A DNA stretch of 64,000 nt from Thermodesulfobacteriota bacterium (GCA_049323655.1 JBMONO010000011.1:21574-85573), one strand, 5' to 3'; counted from the first letter of the stretch, positions 35,603 to 46,634 are shown. The notes: generated by a model not told the origin, from the letters alone. Translations and numbers: made by a program.

Positions 35603-36229
35603 TCATTGACCGGATTGTCCGGTCTGGGACGTTGCCGGAGGATCGGCCGGTTGCTCGGCCATTTTTGTCTGGGGGTGGGAGAAGCGATAAAAGAGCTGCA
35701 CATACATGTCTTCCGCGATGTGCTCGGCAATTTCCCGCAGCGCCTCCCGTTTCTGCATCTCGGTGGTTGCCGCATCCCCGCTGGCCGGAAAGGATTCGTG
35801 CCAGCGCTGTTCCTTTTTTCGCAGAACTATCGTCCCATTTTCCCGTTCCTGCAGGGAAAAACTGAAGACGACCTGGGCCCGAAGCTCCACCGCCCTGTCC
35901 CAGGTGCCATAGGAGAGCCCCGGAAAATCAAGAGAATCAACGGTGCCGGTCAGGATGTAGTCTGCCTGTTCCCTGCTGCTTGCCAGAGTGAAATGGGGTG
36001 ATTTTTTCAGCCAGCGAAAAAGGGCCTGGGTGATTTCCGTCTGATAACCCAGTTCGCTGGTCTGGTTGCCCCACATCTCAACAGAGAGGGCAACCGCCTT
36101 GTTGTTGAAATCTTCACCTGCCTCGACCTTGCCGGCATAGGGATGTGAGTAGCCGCACCCGGAGAGGGAAAGAGCGGCAAGAAACATCAGGCCGATGACT
36201 GTAAGACGTGTGCTGTTCCGGCAACGCAT
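35603..36229 (-). CDS. lptE: LPS assembly lipoprotein LptE family
   Basis: Lipobox LSGC-GY; immediately downstream of leuS (canonical synteny). Confidence 0.8.
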   Translation of the reverse strand: MRCRNSTRLTVIGLMFLAALSLSGCGYSHPYAGKVEAGEDFNNKAVALSVEMWGNQTSELGYQTEITQALFRWLKKSPHFTLASSREQADYILTGTVDSLDFPGLSYGTWDRAVELRAQVVFSFSLQERENGTIVLRKKEQRWHESFPASGDAATTEMQKREALREIAEHIAEDMYVQLFYRFSHPQTKMAEQPADPPATSQTGQSGQ

Positions 36230-36242
36230 AGGTGGCTATCCT

Positions 36243-38726
36243 TCACGAAACAACGATGTTGATCAGCTTGTTGGGTACGATGATGACCTTGCGGATCGTT
36301 TTACCATCGATGAATTTTTTTATTTTTTCATCGGCCAGGGTTTTTTCCCGGACCGTTGCCTCATCAGAGTCTGCAGCAATCTGCAGTTTGCCGCGCATTT
36401 TGCCGTTGACCTGCACCCCGATGATCACCTCGTCCTGGCGGGCGGCTTCCTGATCGCAGGAGGGCCAGGGCGAGAAGGCAAGTTCGGTTTCGTGGCCGGT
36501 GCGCTGCCACAGTTCCTCGCAGAAATGGGGGACCATCGGCGAGAGGAGAAGAAGAATTGCCTCCACCGCCTCCTTGATAACCACGTTTTCCGGTCGCTCC
36601 GTCTTTTCCCCGGTCAGCGCATAAAGGGTGTTGGTCAGCTCCATCACCGCACTGATGGCGGTGTTGAAGTGGAATTTGTCGTTTATATCGCTGGTCACCT
36701 TGTTGATCGTCTGATGGGTCTTGCGGTGCAGCTCACGACCCGCTCCGCTGAGGTCGGCCGGCACCGTTGCCGCGGTGCGGCAGAGCATGTCGAGATTGTC
36801 GGCAATGAAGCGGTACACCCGATTGAGAAAACGGTACGCCCCCTCAACGCCTTGATCGCTCCACTCCAGATCCCGCTCCGGCGGGGCGGCAAACAGACTG
36901 AAGAGGCGGACGGTGTCGGCTCCGTATTTTTTGATCAGGGCATCGGGATCAACGACATTGCCCTTTGATTTGGACATTTTAGTACCATCTTTGATGACCA
37001 TGCCCTGGGTCAGCAGGTTGGTGAAGGGCTCATCGATGCCGAGATAGCCGAGGTCACGAAGAATCTTCGTGAAAAACCGGGCATAGAGAAGATGCAGGAT
37101 GGCGTGTTCGACCCCACCGATATACTGATCAACCGGCAACCAGTAATCGACTGCTTCCCGTCGCAATGGTCCGGTGACATGATCCGGGCAGGCGTAACGG
37201 GCGTAATACCAGGAGGACTCGACAAAGGTGTCCATGGTGTCGGTTTCCCGTCGGGCCGGGCCGCCGCAGCGTGGACAGGAAGTTCGGTAAAAGCTCTCCA
37301 GGTCATGGAGTGGGGATTTTCCGGATTTTTCGATAACCACATCGGCCGGTAAGGTAACGGGCAGATCCTTTTCCGGCACCGGTTGCACCCCGCACTGCCG
37401 GCAGTGAATCATCGGGATCGGCGCTCCCCAGTAACGCTGGCGTGAGATGCCCCAGTCGCGCAGCCGGTAGGTGACCCGTGGCCTGCCGAATTTTTTTTCC
37501 AGGCTCGCCTCGGTGATTTTTTCTTTGGCCGCGGCGGCAGAAAGTCCGGTGAAAGGCCCGGAATGGACGAGAAAGCCCGGTCCTTCATAGGCCTGCTGCA
37601 TGGTTTCGGGGATGAGCTCATCTGCTTCCGGCTGAACAACGACCTGGATCGGCAGCCCGTACTGGCGGGCGAACTCGAAATCGCGCTGGTCATGGGCCGG
37701 TACCGCCATGACCGCGCCGGTACCGTACTCGGCGAGCACGAAGTTGGCGGCATAGATCGGTAGCCTGTCCCCGTTGAAGGGGTTGCGGGCATAGAGGCCG
37801 GTAAAGACTCCTTCCTTGGCCAGCTCATCCTCCGGATTCTGTCGTTGCCTGGCAATGCGGGTTCTGGCGGCAAAGGCGGCGACCTGCTCTTCCTGTTCCG
37901 TGCCCTGCACCAGTTCCTGCAAAAGGGGATGGTCAGGGGCAATGGACATGAAGGTCGCACCAAAGATGGTGTCAGGTCGGGTGGTGAAGATGGTCAGCGT
38001 TTTTTCCGACCCTTCGATGGGAAAATCGATCTCAGCTCCGGTGCTCTTGCCGATCCAGTTGCGCTGCATGGTCAGCACCTTCTCCGGCCAGCCCGGTAGT
38101 CGGTCGCAATCTGCAAGCAGCTCTTCTGCGTAATCGGTGATTTTGAAAAACCAGCCGTTCATCTCCCGCGGCAGGACACTCTCGTCGCAGCGCCAGCAAC
38201 AGCCGTCAATGACCTGCTCGTTGGCCAGCACGGTCTGGCACTTTTCACACCAATTGACGGTGGTCACCTTGGGATAAACCAGCCCTTTTTCATAGAGCTG
38301 GATGAAAAAGAGTTGTTCCCAGCGGTAATAGTCAGGGGAACAGGTCGCCAACTCGCGATCCCAGTCGTAACTGAGTCCCATGCTGCGCAACTGGTTACGC
38401 ATGTATTCAATGTTCTCGTAAGTCCAGCGGGCCGGATGGGTATTATGTTTGATCGCCGCGTTCTCGGCCGGCAGACCGAAGGCGTCCCATCCCATCGGAT
38501 GGAGGACATTATACCCCTGCATGCGTTTAAAGCGGGCCACCACGTCGCCGATGGTGTAATTGCGGACATGGCCCATATGGATGCGGCCGGAAGGATAGGG
38601 AAACATCTCCAGGAGATAATATTTCTTCCTGCCGATCTCTTCACTGACTTGAAATGTTTTTTCGGTCAGCCATTTTTGCTGCCATTTCGCCTCGATGGCG
38701 GCAAAGTCATAAATGGTCGTGTTCAT
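36243..38726 (-). CDS. leuS: Leucine--tRNA ligase
   Basis: [31 protein letters not shown]; start reassigned to MNTTIYD. Confidence 0.97.
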   Translation of the reverse strand: MNTTIYDFAAIEAKWQQKWLTEKTFQVSEEIGRKKYYLLEMFPYPSGRIHMGHVRNYTIGDVVARFKRMQGYNVLHPMGWDAFGLPAENAAIKHNTHPARWTYENIEYMRNQLRSMGLSYDWDRELATCSPDYYRWEQLFFIQLYEKGLVYPKVTTVNWCEKCQTVLANEQVIDGCCWRCDESVLPREMNGWFFKITDYAEELLADCDRLPGWPEKVLTMQRNWIGKSTGAEIDFPIEGSEKTLTIFTTRPDTIFGATFMSIAPDHPLLQELVQGTEQEEQVAAFAARTRIARQRQNPEDELAKEGVFTGLYARNPFNGDRLPIYAANFVLAEYGTGAVMAVPAHDQRDFEFARQYGLPIQVVVQPEADELIPETMQQAYEGPGFLVHSGPFTGLSAAAAKEKITEASLEKKFGRPRVTYRLRDWGISRQRYWGAPIPMIHCRQCGVQPVPEKDLPVTLPADVVIEKSGKSPLHDLESFYRTSCPRCGGPARRETDTMDTFVESSWYYARYACPDHVTGPLRREAVDYWLPVDQYIGGVEHAILHLLYARFFTKILRDLGYLGIDEPFTNLLTQGMVIKDGTKMSKSKGNVVDPDALIKKYGADTVRLFSLFAAPPERDLEWSDQGVEGAYRFLNRVYRFIADNLDMLCRTAATVPADLSGAGRELHRKTHQTINKVTSDINDKFHFNTAISAVMELTNTLYALTGEKTERPENVVIKEAVEAILLLLSPMVPHFCEELWQRTGHETELAFSPWPSCDQEAARQDEVIIGVQVNGKMRGKLQIAADSDEATVREKTLADEKIKKFIDGKTIRKVIIVPNKLINIVVS

Positions 38727-38817
38727 AAAGTGTACTGTCAGGGATGGAGTTGTCTGGGTTAATAATGCCGCTGTCGAATCGCCCCAAGACGAAGCAAAAC
38801 CGGAGGCAGTCTGTTTG

Positions 38818-40182
38818 TTATTTAGGCATCGGCGTCGGCATGGGAGGCGCCAGATTCTCGAAACTGGTGTACTTGCCGAGGAAGGCAAGTTCCACCGTGC
38901 CGGTGGGGCCGTTCCGCTGCTTACCGATGATCAGCTCGGCAATGCCCCGTTTCGGATTGTCCTCCGCCTTGTTGTAGACCTCGTCGCGATAGATGAAACA
39001 GATGACGTCCGCATCCTGTTCGATGGCCCCGGATTCACGCAGGTCGGAGAGCTGCGGGCGTTTGTTCGGCCTGCTCTCCAGGCTGCGATTGAGCTGAGAA
39101 AGGGCAATGACCGGGATATTCAGTTCCTTGGCCATGGCCTTGAGTGACCGGGAGATCTCGCTGATTTCCTGTTCCCGGCTGTCCGCCCGGCCGCGCATGA
39201 GCTGAAGATAGTCGACGACGATGAGGCCGATGTCATGTTCCGACTTGAGCCGACGGGCCTTTGCCCGCATCTCGAGAACGGAAAGGGCAGGGGTGTCGTC
39301 GATGAAAATGGTGGCATTGGAGAGCTCGCCCGCCGCCCTGGTCAGCTTTGGCCAGTCGTTGTCCTTGATAAAGCCGGTCCGCAGATCATTGGAATCGACC
39401 TTGCTCAGAGAACAGAGAAGACGCAGACCGAGCTGAGCCTTGGACATCTCCAGACTGAAGACGCCGACCGCAGTGCCGTGATGAAGGGCGGTGTTCTGGA
39501 CGATGTTCATGGCCAGGGCGGTTTTGCCCATGCTGGGCCGACCGGCCAGGATGATGAGATCGGCAGGCTGAAGGCCGGCGGTCATACGGTCGAACTGGTC
39601 ATAGCCGGTGGGTACGCCGGTAATCAGTTCCTTGCGTTCGGCCAGGGTGGTGACCCGTTCAAAGGCATGGGTGATGATTCGGTTCAAGGGTTCAAAGCTG
39701 GCGCTGCCCTTGTCTCTGGCAATCTCAAAAACCGTCTGTTCAACCTCGTCGAGGAGTTTCTCGATATCGTCCTGTTCCTCGTAGCAGCGGCCGGCAATGT
39801 CGGTGGCGGTGGCGATGAGTTGGCGCAGGATCGATTTTTCCCGAACAATCCTGGCATAATGGACGATATTGGACGCCAGGGGAACGAGGTCGGTCAGCGA
39901 GGCGAGGTAGGCAGGTCCACCACTTTCGGCGAGGCTGCCACTTGTCTTGAGATAGTTGGTGACGGTAATGAGATCCTGCGGCTCATTTTTTTCAAAAAGA
40001 GCCAGCATGGCTTTGAAGATCAGCTTGTTGGCATGAAAATAAAAATCATCCGGGCTGAGAATATCGATGGTTCTGGCAAGAATCCCCTGCTGCTGCAAGA
40101 CCGCGCCCAAGACACACTGCTCCGCCTCTTTGTTGTGAGGAGGGATGCGGTGGCTTGCTGTAAGAGATTGTTGAGGTATCAT
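38818..40182 (-). CDS. dnaB: Replicative DNA helicase
   Basis: [40 protein letters not shown]; no intein. Confidence 0.97.
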   Translation of the reverse strand: MIPQQSLTASHRIPPHNKEAEQCVLGAVLQQQGILARTIDILSPDDFYFHANKLIFKAMLALFEKNEPQDLITVTNYLKTSGSLAESGGPAYLASLTDLVPLASNIVHYARIVREKSILRQLIATATDIAGRCYEEQDDIEKLLDEVEQTVFEIARDKGSASFEPLNRIITHAFERVTTLAERKELITGVPTGYDQFDRMTAGLQPADLIILAGRPSMGKTALAMNIVQNTALHHGTAVGVFSLEMSKAQLGLRLLCSLSKVDSNDLRTGFIKDNDWPKLTRAAGELSNATIFIDDTPALSVLEMRAKARRLKSEHDIGLIVVDYLQLMRGRADSREQEISEISRSLKAMAKELNIPVIALSQLNRSLESRPNKRPQLSDLRESGAIEQDADVICFIYRDEVYNKAEDNPKRGIAELIIGKQRNGPTGTVELAFLGKYTSFENLAPPMPTPMPK

Positions 40183-40382
40183 CGTGTACGATCAAGGCGA
40201 CAGGTGCTGCAGCCATTTGGGTGAAACAGTATACATACGCAGCAAAGGGCATGTTTCACGAAAAAAGCCGACATCGGGAGTTGGCGGCATTTAAGGTGTA
40301 GTGGCTGTTTGCCTTGCCACGCGAATCCTCTCTCTCCCCGGCTCATGCCGGTCCGCGGACCGAGTGACGCGCAACGCGGAAA

Positions 40383-40418
40383 ACCGGAAAACCCGCAGCG
40401 TCCGGCGGGTTTTCCGGT
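40383..40418 (-). terminator. Strong hairpin after rplI
   Basis: ACCGGAAAACCCGC/GCGGGTTTTCCGGT 14-bp perfect stem. Confidence 0.6.
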
Positions 40419-40446
40419 CAGCATCATCTGCTGAACTTCTTTTCCT

Positions 40447-40902
40447 TTATTCACCGCTGGTCAGCGGCACGATCTCAACCTTGATTTCCGCCATCATCTG
40501 ATAACCGGTCTTGCAGGGAACCATCGTTACCCCCAGGGTCTTGATCGGCTCATCGAGTACTATTTTTCTTTTGTCGATGACAATGCCGATCTCAGCGAGC
40601 TTCTCGGCGATATCAGCGGAGGTGACCGAGCCATAGAGCTTGTTTTCCTCTCCGACCCGCTGTTCGATGACAACGGTGGCGCCGGCGATCTTTTTGGACA
40701 GCTCTTCGGCCGCCTGCCGTTCCTGCTCTTTGCGGGCCCGGATGGCGCTCATTTCCTGTTCAAGGATGGCGCGATTCGCCTTGGAGGCGAGTACCGCTTT
40801 GCCCTGGGGCATGAGATAGTTGCGTCCGTAGCCCGGTTTGACTTTGACAATATCACCTTCCTGGCCCAAGGTATCAATCGTTTCCTTCAGTATCAATTCC
40901 AT
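40447..40902 (-). CDS. rplI: 50S ribosomal protein L9
   Basis: LGQEGDIVKVKPGYGRNYL, KLYGSVT. Confidence 0.97.
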   Translation of the reverse strand: MELILKETIDTLGQEGDIVKVKPGYGRNYLMPQGKAVLASKANRAILEQEMSAIRARKEQERQAAEELSKKIAGATVVIEQRVGEENKLYGSVTSADIAEKLAEIGIVIDKRKIVLDEPIKTLGVTMVPCKTGYQMMAEIKVEIVPLTSGE

Positions 40903-40949
40903 GTTTCTACCTTTTATGAAGAGGGAACATCACCTGCCCGCAAAGACCA

Positions 40950-41894
40950 TCAGGAGGTTTCGTTCCGTGATTTACGTAAATCAAACCACACATCAATCAG
41001 ACCGGCAATGGCGAGAAAGATGATGCCGTATGCCTGGACGAGGATGAGTGTGTAAACAAATACTCTGAACATCCAGGGAACCGCCCATCTGTTAAACAGA
41101 TTCGACAGGACGGCAAGTCCCTGAAAAAAATATAGAACCGCGGAAATCAGCACCCCATTCAAACAGAGTTTATTGAGCGCGGGTATCGGCAACAGCAGAC
41201 CGAGTCCCGAGACAATCACCACCCAGACAAGCTGATCAGGCAGCTTCCACTGGCCAAAGGGCGGCCAAGGGGAGAGAACATCGTTTTTTTTTCTGATCAG
41301 GGCATCGCCCAGTACCATATTGATCCAGACCGTACTCAGAATCGTGATCAGGATAATTGCCGGGAAGATGACCGGTATGATCGAACGAATTCTGAGGAAG
41401 GCGGCTTCGAGCTGCACCAAGGTATCAGCGGAGATCTCCGAACTCTGCTGATATGCCGTGAATGTCTCTGTCAAGGACGAGTCAATCGCGGCGAGAACCT
41501 GTCTGTAAGGGTGAGCGTGCTCAATAATACCGTACAAAGCTGCACCGATAATCCAGGTTGCCAGCAGCACCAGGCTACCCGTTGTTCCGGTGCGAAAGAC
41601 GCTCTCTTTTCCCCGGATCGATCTGGCCAGAGAAAAGGCCAGAGGGAGAAAGGAGATCGACAGAATGAATCCCGGCAGGGCGCCAAGCGCGATGCTTGCC
41701 AGACCGGCGCCGATCAGTCCCTTTGACAGCAGTCCGCCTCCCTCTCTTTCTCCGCGGACAACAAGCACATAAAAAACGGGAAGAGGAATAAACGTCCTCA
41801 TCCAGCCCAGTTCCTCGAATATGGCAGGAAGAAGCAGCAGTGTCGTGAGAAGAAAAAACCTCAACAACTCATACGGAAGGCCCGGTCCTGCCAT
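40950..41894 (-). CDS. DUF2232/YybS-family membrane protein
   Basis: Polytopic; LYFFQGLAV, GLIDVWFDLRK; lies between rpsR and rplI. Confidence 0.85.
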   Translation of the reverse strand: MAGPGLPYELLRFFLLTTLLLLPAIFEELGWMRTFIPLPVFYVLVVRGEREGGGLLSKGLIGAGLASIALGALPGFILSISFLPLAFSLARSIRGKESVFRTGTTGSLVLLATWIIGAALYGIIEHAHPYRQVLAAIDSSLTETFTAYQQSSEISADTLVQLEAAFLRIRSIIPVIFPAIILITILSTVWINMVLGDALIRKKNDVLSPWPPFGQWKLPDQLVWVVIVSGLGLLLPIPALNKLCLNGVLISAVLYFFQGLAVLSNLFNRWAVPWMFRVFVYTLILVQAYGIIFLAIAGLIDVWFDLRKSRNETS

Positions 41895-41901
41895 ATCTTC
41901 C

Positions 41902-42135
41902 TTACATATGGGGGCCGGTGTACGGCAGCAGAGCAATCTGCCGGGCCCGCTTGATCGCTTCGGTCAGCTCGCGCTGATGCCTGGCGCAGTTACCGTAAAT
42001 ACGCCGGGGAATGATCTTGCCCCGTTCGGTGATGAAATTCCGCAGAGTTTTGACATCCTTATAATCAATGACAAGCTCCTTATCCGCGCAAAAACGGCAT
42101 ACTTTCCGGCGATGAAATATCTTTTTCTTTCTCAT
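41902..42135 (-). CDS. rpsR: 30S ribosomal protein S18 (Zn-binding type)
   Basis: [30 protein letters not shown]. Confidence 0.97.
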   Translation of the reverse strand: MRKKKIFHRRKVCRFCADKELVIDYKDVKTLRNFITERGKIIPRRIYGNCARHQRELTEAIKRARQIALLPYTGPHM

Positions 42136-42154
42136 GATTGCCTCTTCGGTCGTA

Positions 42155-42529
42155 TTATTCTTCGTCGTTGGATGCGTCTTCTTCCGCATCGTCAGTGGCC
42201 CGGGCCGACAACGCTGTTTTCACCGCCTTGTTCGGATCGTAGACTTCCTGGAGCTTGATCGTCATGAACTTCAGGACGTTGTCGTCAATCTTGAAGATAC
42301 GCTCCATTTCCGCCACCGCCGAGGGGACAGCGGCATACTCGGTATAAACGTAGTACCCCTGCTGTTGTTTGTTGATGGGGTAAGCGAGTTTTTTCAGGCC
42401 CCAGTTATCGACATTGATAATGATGCCGTTTTCCTTTTCGATGATCTCGGCGGATCGCTTACTGATCGCCTGGATCACATCCTCCCCGACACCGGGGTTG
42501 ATGATAGATATGGTTTCATATCTGCGCAT
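42155..42529 (-). CDS. rpsF: 30S ribosomal protein S6
   Basis: [19 protein letters not shown]. Confidence 0.96.
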   Translation of the reverse strand: MRRYETISIINPGVGEDVIQAISKRSAEIIEKENGIIINVDNWGLKKLAYPINKQQQGYYVYTEYAAVPSAVAEMERIFKIDDNVLKFMTIKLQEVYDPNKAVKTALSARATDDAEEDASNDEE

Positions 42530-42534
42530 TATGT

Positions 42535-42586
42535 CCTCCTTGTGGACTTTTGGCCCTCTTCCGTTGCCTCTGTCAGAGAGCAAGGC
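42535..42586 (-). ncRNA. S6:S18 ribosomal protein leader (cis-regulatory RNA)
   Basis: Minus strand CCTTGCTCTC...GAGGGC-CAAAAGTCCA-CAAGGAGG: CCTTG pairs with CAAGG next to the SD, upper GCTCTC/GAGGGC stem, CC-containing internal loop. Confidence 0.65.
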
Positions 42587-42703
42587 AAGACGTTTTGACG
42601 GCCGGTTTCCCCGTGAAACCGGCAAAATAAGACGAATTTGATACCATGATCGCTATGGTGGTGTCAATTAAAAAGGGCACATTTCACCTGGCTGGTTTAT
42701 CGG

Positions 42704-43519
42704 TCAATCAGGCATCCTGCTATCGCCTGATCGGCCCATGACCTCCCGCCAGTAGTCCGCCAGACTGTTTTCGTCCAGCTCTTCCAGTCGCTTGCCGGCC
42801 CCGGCGATTCGTCTTTCCATTTCCTTGAAGCTCCGAACAAAGTTGTTTACCGTCGTCTGGAGGCACTCTTCCGCGGCCAGCTCATATTTTCCCGCGATAC
42901 GGGTCAGTTGAAAGAGCATGGTGCCCAGTTTTTCATGAATCATGACCCTGTCTCCGGCGGCAATGGCGGCCAGCAGTTTCTGCTGGCTGCGTTCCAGGCT
43001 GTCGACCAGAGCCGGTGTATCGCGGCGGTCAAAACCGCGACGGCTGGTTCGGGCGATAATGCGCTGGGCTCGGATCAACGCCGGCAGGGATTTGGGTACG
43101 TCCAGTTCATTTTCCGTACTTTTTTTCGCCTTTTTTTCCTTCTCTTTAACCTTTCCCCAGTTTTTCCGCATCTCTTCATAGGAGTCAAATGTTACATCAG
43201 CGAAGACATGGGGATGGCGACGGATCATTTTGTCGATGATGGCCTGCAGCACCTCTGTGATGGTGAAGTGATCCGCTTCTTCGTAGAGCCGGTTGAGAAA
43301 GCCGATCTGGAAAAGAAGGTCGCCCAGTTCCTCGCGTACCTGCAGGGGATCATCACCTTCGAGGGCCTCGGAGAGTTCATGGCTCTCTTCGATAAAGTAG
43401 GGTTTGAATGACTGAACCGTTTGTTTCTGATCCCATGGACAGCCACCGGGTCCCCGCAACCGGTCGATGATATGAAGCAGTTCGGTGAATTTTTCGCCGA
43501 TCTCGCTGTTTTTTTTCAT
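42704..43519 (-). CDS. mazG: Nucleoside triphosphate pyrophosphohydrolase MazG
   Basis: LRGPGGCPWD, EELGDLLFQ, KMIRRHPHVF. Confidence 0.93.
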   Translation of the reverse strand: MKKNSEIGEKFTELLHIIDRLRGPGGCPWDQKQTVQSFKPYFIEESHELSEALEGDDPLQVREELGDLLFQIGFLNRLYEEADHFTITEVLQAIIDKMIRRHPHVFADVTFDSYEEMRKNWGKVKEKEKKAKKSTENELDVPKSLPALIRAQRIIARTSRRGFDRRDTPALVDSLERSQQKLLAAIAAGDRVMIHEKLGTMLFQLTRIAGKYELAAEECLQTTVNNFVRSFKEMERRIAGAGKRLEELDENSLADYWREVMGRSGDSRMPD

Positions 43520-43922
43520 GTTGTGTCAATTTTCCTTCACATTGGTGGTTGATTTTAGTAAAAACGGATGACGCAAAAAAAATGTCAATTTTCCTTGACG
43601 AAACGATACATTCCCTGTCAAGGTGCAATTGTCAGGTTTTTTTGTGCATCAGGAAGTTTTGCGCACCATAAACCCGCACTCCATGCGGGGAGACCGTCCT
43701 TTGCAGGGGAGCGCAGAAAGCGGCAGATTTTTGAGTGATGGTAAAATAAAACTATACAAAAAATCATTACTCCTATATCATGTTAATGAATTGAAAATGA
43801 ATGGTTGTCAAACAACTTATTCCGGTATATAAGATGATGTAGGTAGTTATACCGATTAGCGGTCAAGCAGGCCGTGCAACGCACAATGTTTTTATGCCAC
43901 AATCTTGCGAAGAGGTAAAGTG

Positions 43923-44363
43923 ATGGAAGGCAAAAAAGACCAGAAGGCAGTCAACGAAAAACACAAGGATATTGCCAGAATCGATCAGGAGACAAAAAGA
44001 ACCCATGGTTGGTATGTGCGGGTCCGTTATTACGGCAAAACACATTCCAAGTTTTTTTCGGACGGGAAATGCGGTGGTCGTTCCGCCAGTCTGCTGGCAG
44101 CCATTGCCTGGCGTGACGAGATCGAGGCCCGCATCGGCAAGCTGCGCACCAACAAGCACATTGTAACGGTCAGCAACACGACGACCGGCGTGGTCGGCGT
44201 CCGCCTCAACGACAAGCTGAATCGTTATGAGGTAAGCTGGGTCAATGCCGAGGGCAGGCAGGGCAAGACCTCCGTCTCCATCAGGAAACACGGCAAGGAA
44301 AAGGCCTTCAAGAAGGCCTGCGAGATCCGGCAGCAAAAGGAAGCGGAACGGCTTTCCTCCTGA
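43923..44363 (+). CDS. Basic protein with tandem AP2-like DNA-binding domains
   Basis: HGWYVRV...SKFFSD...AAIAWRD and TGVVGV...YEVSW...SIRKHG.E.AFKKA..IR. Confidence 0.7.
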   Translation: MEGKKDQKAVNEKHKDIARIDQETKRTHGWYVRVRYYGKTHSKFFSDGKCGGRSASLLAAIAWRDEIEARIGKLRTNKHIVTVSNTTTGVVGVRLNDKLNRYEVSWVNAEGRQGKTSVSIRKHGKEKAFKKACEIRQQKEAERLSS

Positions 44364-44367
44364 TCCA

Positions 44368-45021
44368 TCAAAGATGGAGGATGATCTCCTCCGGTCTGGC
44401 GAGGAGGGCGCTGGCGCCGGCCCTTTGCAATTCATCGGCGGTCCGAAATCCCCACAGGGCTCCGAGGGGCAGCATGCCGGCTGAGACCGCTGTCTGCATG
44501 TCGGTTGCCGTATCCCCGAGATAGAGAATATCGTGTCCTGAAATTCCCAGTTTATCCGCGATGTCGAGGGCGCCTGCCGGATTCGGTTTTTTCGGCACAT
44601 CCGGTCTGGCGCCGACGACATGGTCGAAACGATGACCAGGGAAAAAGGCGGCAACAATACGCTGCGTCATGGCATCCGGCTTGTTGGAGAGGATGTTGAG
44701 ACTGAGTTCGCGATCGGCAAGGGTTACCAGCATGTCGTCCACGCCGGGATAGGTGCGGGTTTTATCACGCCAGTGGACCCCGTATTCCAGTGTCATTTCA
44801 TGAACCAGTCGTTTCGTCAGCTCCGGGCTGCGGGCATGGTCCGGCAGAGCTCGGCTGATCAGCAGATCGATCCCGTCACCGACAAAATAACGGTAACGGT
44901 CAACCTGATGTTGTGGAAAACCATTATCACCAAGGACCCGGTTCATTGAATCGGCGAGATCTTCCAGGGTGTCCAGCAAGGTGCCGTCGAGGTCGAAAAT
45001 AATCGCTTTGATGCTCTTCAT
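44368..45021 (-). CDS. HAD-family hydrolase (phosphoglycolate phosphatase-like)
   Basis: FDLDGTLLDT, SNK, KPNP, LGDTATD, WGF. Confidence 0.9.
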   Translation of the reverse strand: MKSIKAIIFDLDGTLLDTLEDLADSMNRVLGDNGFPQHQVDRYRYFVGDGIDLLISRALPDHARSPELTKRLVHEMTLEYGVHWRDKTRTYPGVDDMLVTLADRELSLNILSNKPDAMTQRIVAAFFPGHRFDHVVGARPDVPKKPNPAGALDIADKLGISGHDILYLGDTATDMQTAVSAGMLPLGALWGFRTADELQRAGASALLARPEEIILHL

Positions 45022-45159
45022 GCGTGCAGTCGCCTTTGACTGATCATCTTTATGAGGATTTTTGGGGTCAGGCGTTGTCGTGCAAATTCCCGTTATCCCT
45101 TTCCCACTCCGGGTGGCCCGGAAAAATCACAAAATGAGGGGCCGTTCAATCTTTTGTTC

Positions 45160-45188
45160 TTGACTCCGAACTCTATCCGAACTATCTT
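45160..45188 (+). promoter_or_regulatory. Putative sigma70 promoter for ppaC
   Basis: TTGACT-17 nt-TATCTT. Confidence 0.5.
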
Positions 45189-45349
45189 TCACACGTTTTA
45201 AAAGGAAGAAGAATAAAGGTTTTGCGCGGCCTTTGACGGTGTTTTATCTACGTAAACGGCTCGTTTATGAAACCGGATTCAGTTTACCCCAGCACAGGTA
45301 AGATGTATAGAAGAAACTAAAATTGTATTCAAGGAAAGGAGGAGTTACC

Positions 45350-46279
45350 ATGTCAATTTGTGTTGTTGGCCATTCAAATCCCGATACCGATTCCGTTGCA
45401 GCGGCAATTTCCTATGCGAATTACCTGAAGGCCCAGGGACAGGATGCGGTCGCCTGTATGCAGATCGACGCCGCCGCTCTTAATCCCGAGAGCAAGACCG
45501 TTCTTGCCAAGTTCGGCCTGAAGGCCCCGGAAACACTGATGGACGCAAGCGGCAAGAAGATCGCCCTGGTTGACCACAGCGATCTGGCCCAGGCTCCGGC
45601 CAATCTCGGCGCCGCTGAAGTGGTAGCCGTTGTCGATCATCACAAGATCGGCGATCTTACCACCAACAATCCCATTTATTTCAACGCCCAGCCGGTCGGC
45701 TGCACCTGCACTGTCCTGAACGAGATGTATAAGAACAGCGGCATCGCCATTCCCAAAGACATCGCCGGCATTATGCTCGCCGCCATCCTGAGCGATACCG
45801 TCAATTTCAAGTCGCCCACCTGCACCGATGCCGACAAGGCCGCTGTTGCCGATCTGATGAAGGTTGCCGGCATCAGCGACAAGGACTCCCTCTTTATGGA
45901 TATGCTGAAGGCCAAATCCTCGGTTGACGGCATCCCGGCCAAGGATCTGCTGTTCCGCGACTACAAGGACTTCGACATGAAGGGCAACAAGGTCGGTGTC
46001 GGTCAGCTCGAACTGGCGACTCTCGATCAGGTGGCAGCCATTCGTGGCGATCTTATGAAAGAGATGGAGAAGGTGAAAGCCGAAGGCCGTCATTCCGTCC
46101 TGCTGATGCTCACCGACGTTGTCAAGGAAGGAACCGATCTCGTGGTCCTCTCCGACGATCCGGCCCTCATCGAGAAAGCCTTCAACGGCAAACTGGCCAA
46201 CAGCTCCATGTGGATCGACGGTATGATGAGCCGCAAGAAACAGACCATCCCCAATCTGCAGAAGGCCTTCGGCTGCTAA
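45350..46279 (+). CDS. ppaC: Mn-dependent inorganic pyrophosphatase (family II)
   Basis: GHSNPDTDS, VDHH (DHH), ILSDT, SRKKQ; GGAGG RBS. Confidence 0.95.
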   Translation: MSICVVGHSNPDTDSVAAAISYANYLKAQGQDAVACMQIDAAALNPESKTVLAKFGLKAPETLMDASGKKIALVDHSDLAQAPANLGAAEVVAVVDHHKIGDLTTNNPIYFNAQPVGCTCTVLNEMYKNSGIAIPKDIAGIMLAAILSDTVNFKSPTCTDADKAAVADLMKVAGISDKDSLFMDMLKAKSSVDGIPAKDLLFRDYKDFDMKGNKVGVGQLELATLDQVAAIRGDLMKEMEKVKAEGRHSVLLMLTDVVKEGTDLVVLSDDPALIEKAFNGKLANSSMWIDGMMSRKKQTIPNLQKAFGC

Positions 46280-46302
46280 GTCCTTTTTTTTCGCAGAATC
46301 AG

Positions 46303-46342
46303 AAAATGCCGTGTTTCCCGAAAAGGAGAACACGGCATTTTT
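46303..46342 (+). terminator. Terminator after ppaC
   Basis: AAAATGCCGTGTT...AACACGGCATTTTT. Confidence 0.75.
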
Positions 46343-46475
46343 GATGGAATCGTAAAAACTGGAAATTAACCACAGAGACCGCAGAGCGCACAGAGATAAC
46401 TAATTATAATTAAAGATTTTTTCTCTGCGTTCTCTGTGCGCTCTGTGGTGAAAAAAGACTTTTTACGGGTTTGTC
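46343..46475 (+). repeat. Intergenic element, family A, copy 2
   Basis: GATGGAATCGTAAAAACTGGAAATTAACCACAGAG...CTCTGTGGTGAAAAAAGACTTTTTACGGGTTTGTC. Confidence 0.8.
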
Positions 46476-46504
46476 ATTTTTGTTTTAAGCCCAGCCGAAT
46501 TGCA

Positions 46505-46568
46505 GATGGTCTCGCAAAAAAAAACGCAAACCATGGCGGGCTGGCAAGTGAAAACAACGAGTTACAAT
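46505..46568 (-). repeat. Intergenic element, family B, copy 3 (truncated, reversed)
   Basis: GATGGTCTCGCAAAAA..GCAAACCATGGCGGGC..AAAACAACGAGTTACAAT matches the reverse complement of 17939-18043. Confidence 0.7.
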
Positions 46569-46634
46569 TTCTGTTGCCTTCCAACTTCCAGGATACCGGA
46601 GCGCGAGGCTGAGGGGGTCGAAAAACGTTTCTTT

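Noticed and set aside
43660-43730. Possible ncRNA upstream of the AP2 gene
   Set aside because: Only a short CCCGCA/TGCGGG hairpin; no recognisable family features.
45230-45290. Fluoride (crcB) riboswitch upstream of ppaC
   Set aside because: Only superficial similarity (GACGGTGTT...TGAAACC); the P1 stem does not pair. An Infernal search would settle it.
46343-46475. CRISPR array from the ACAGAG repeats
   Set aside because: Units are 9 nt, inverted, without unique spacers; no cas genes in the window.
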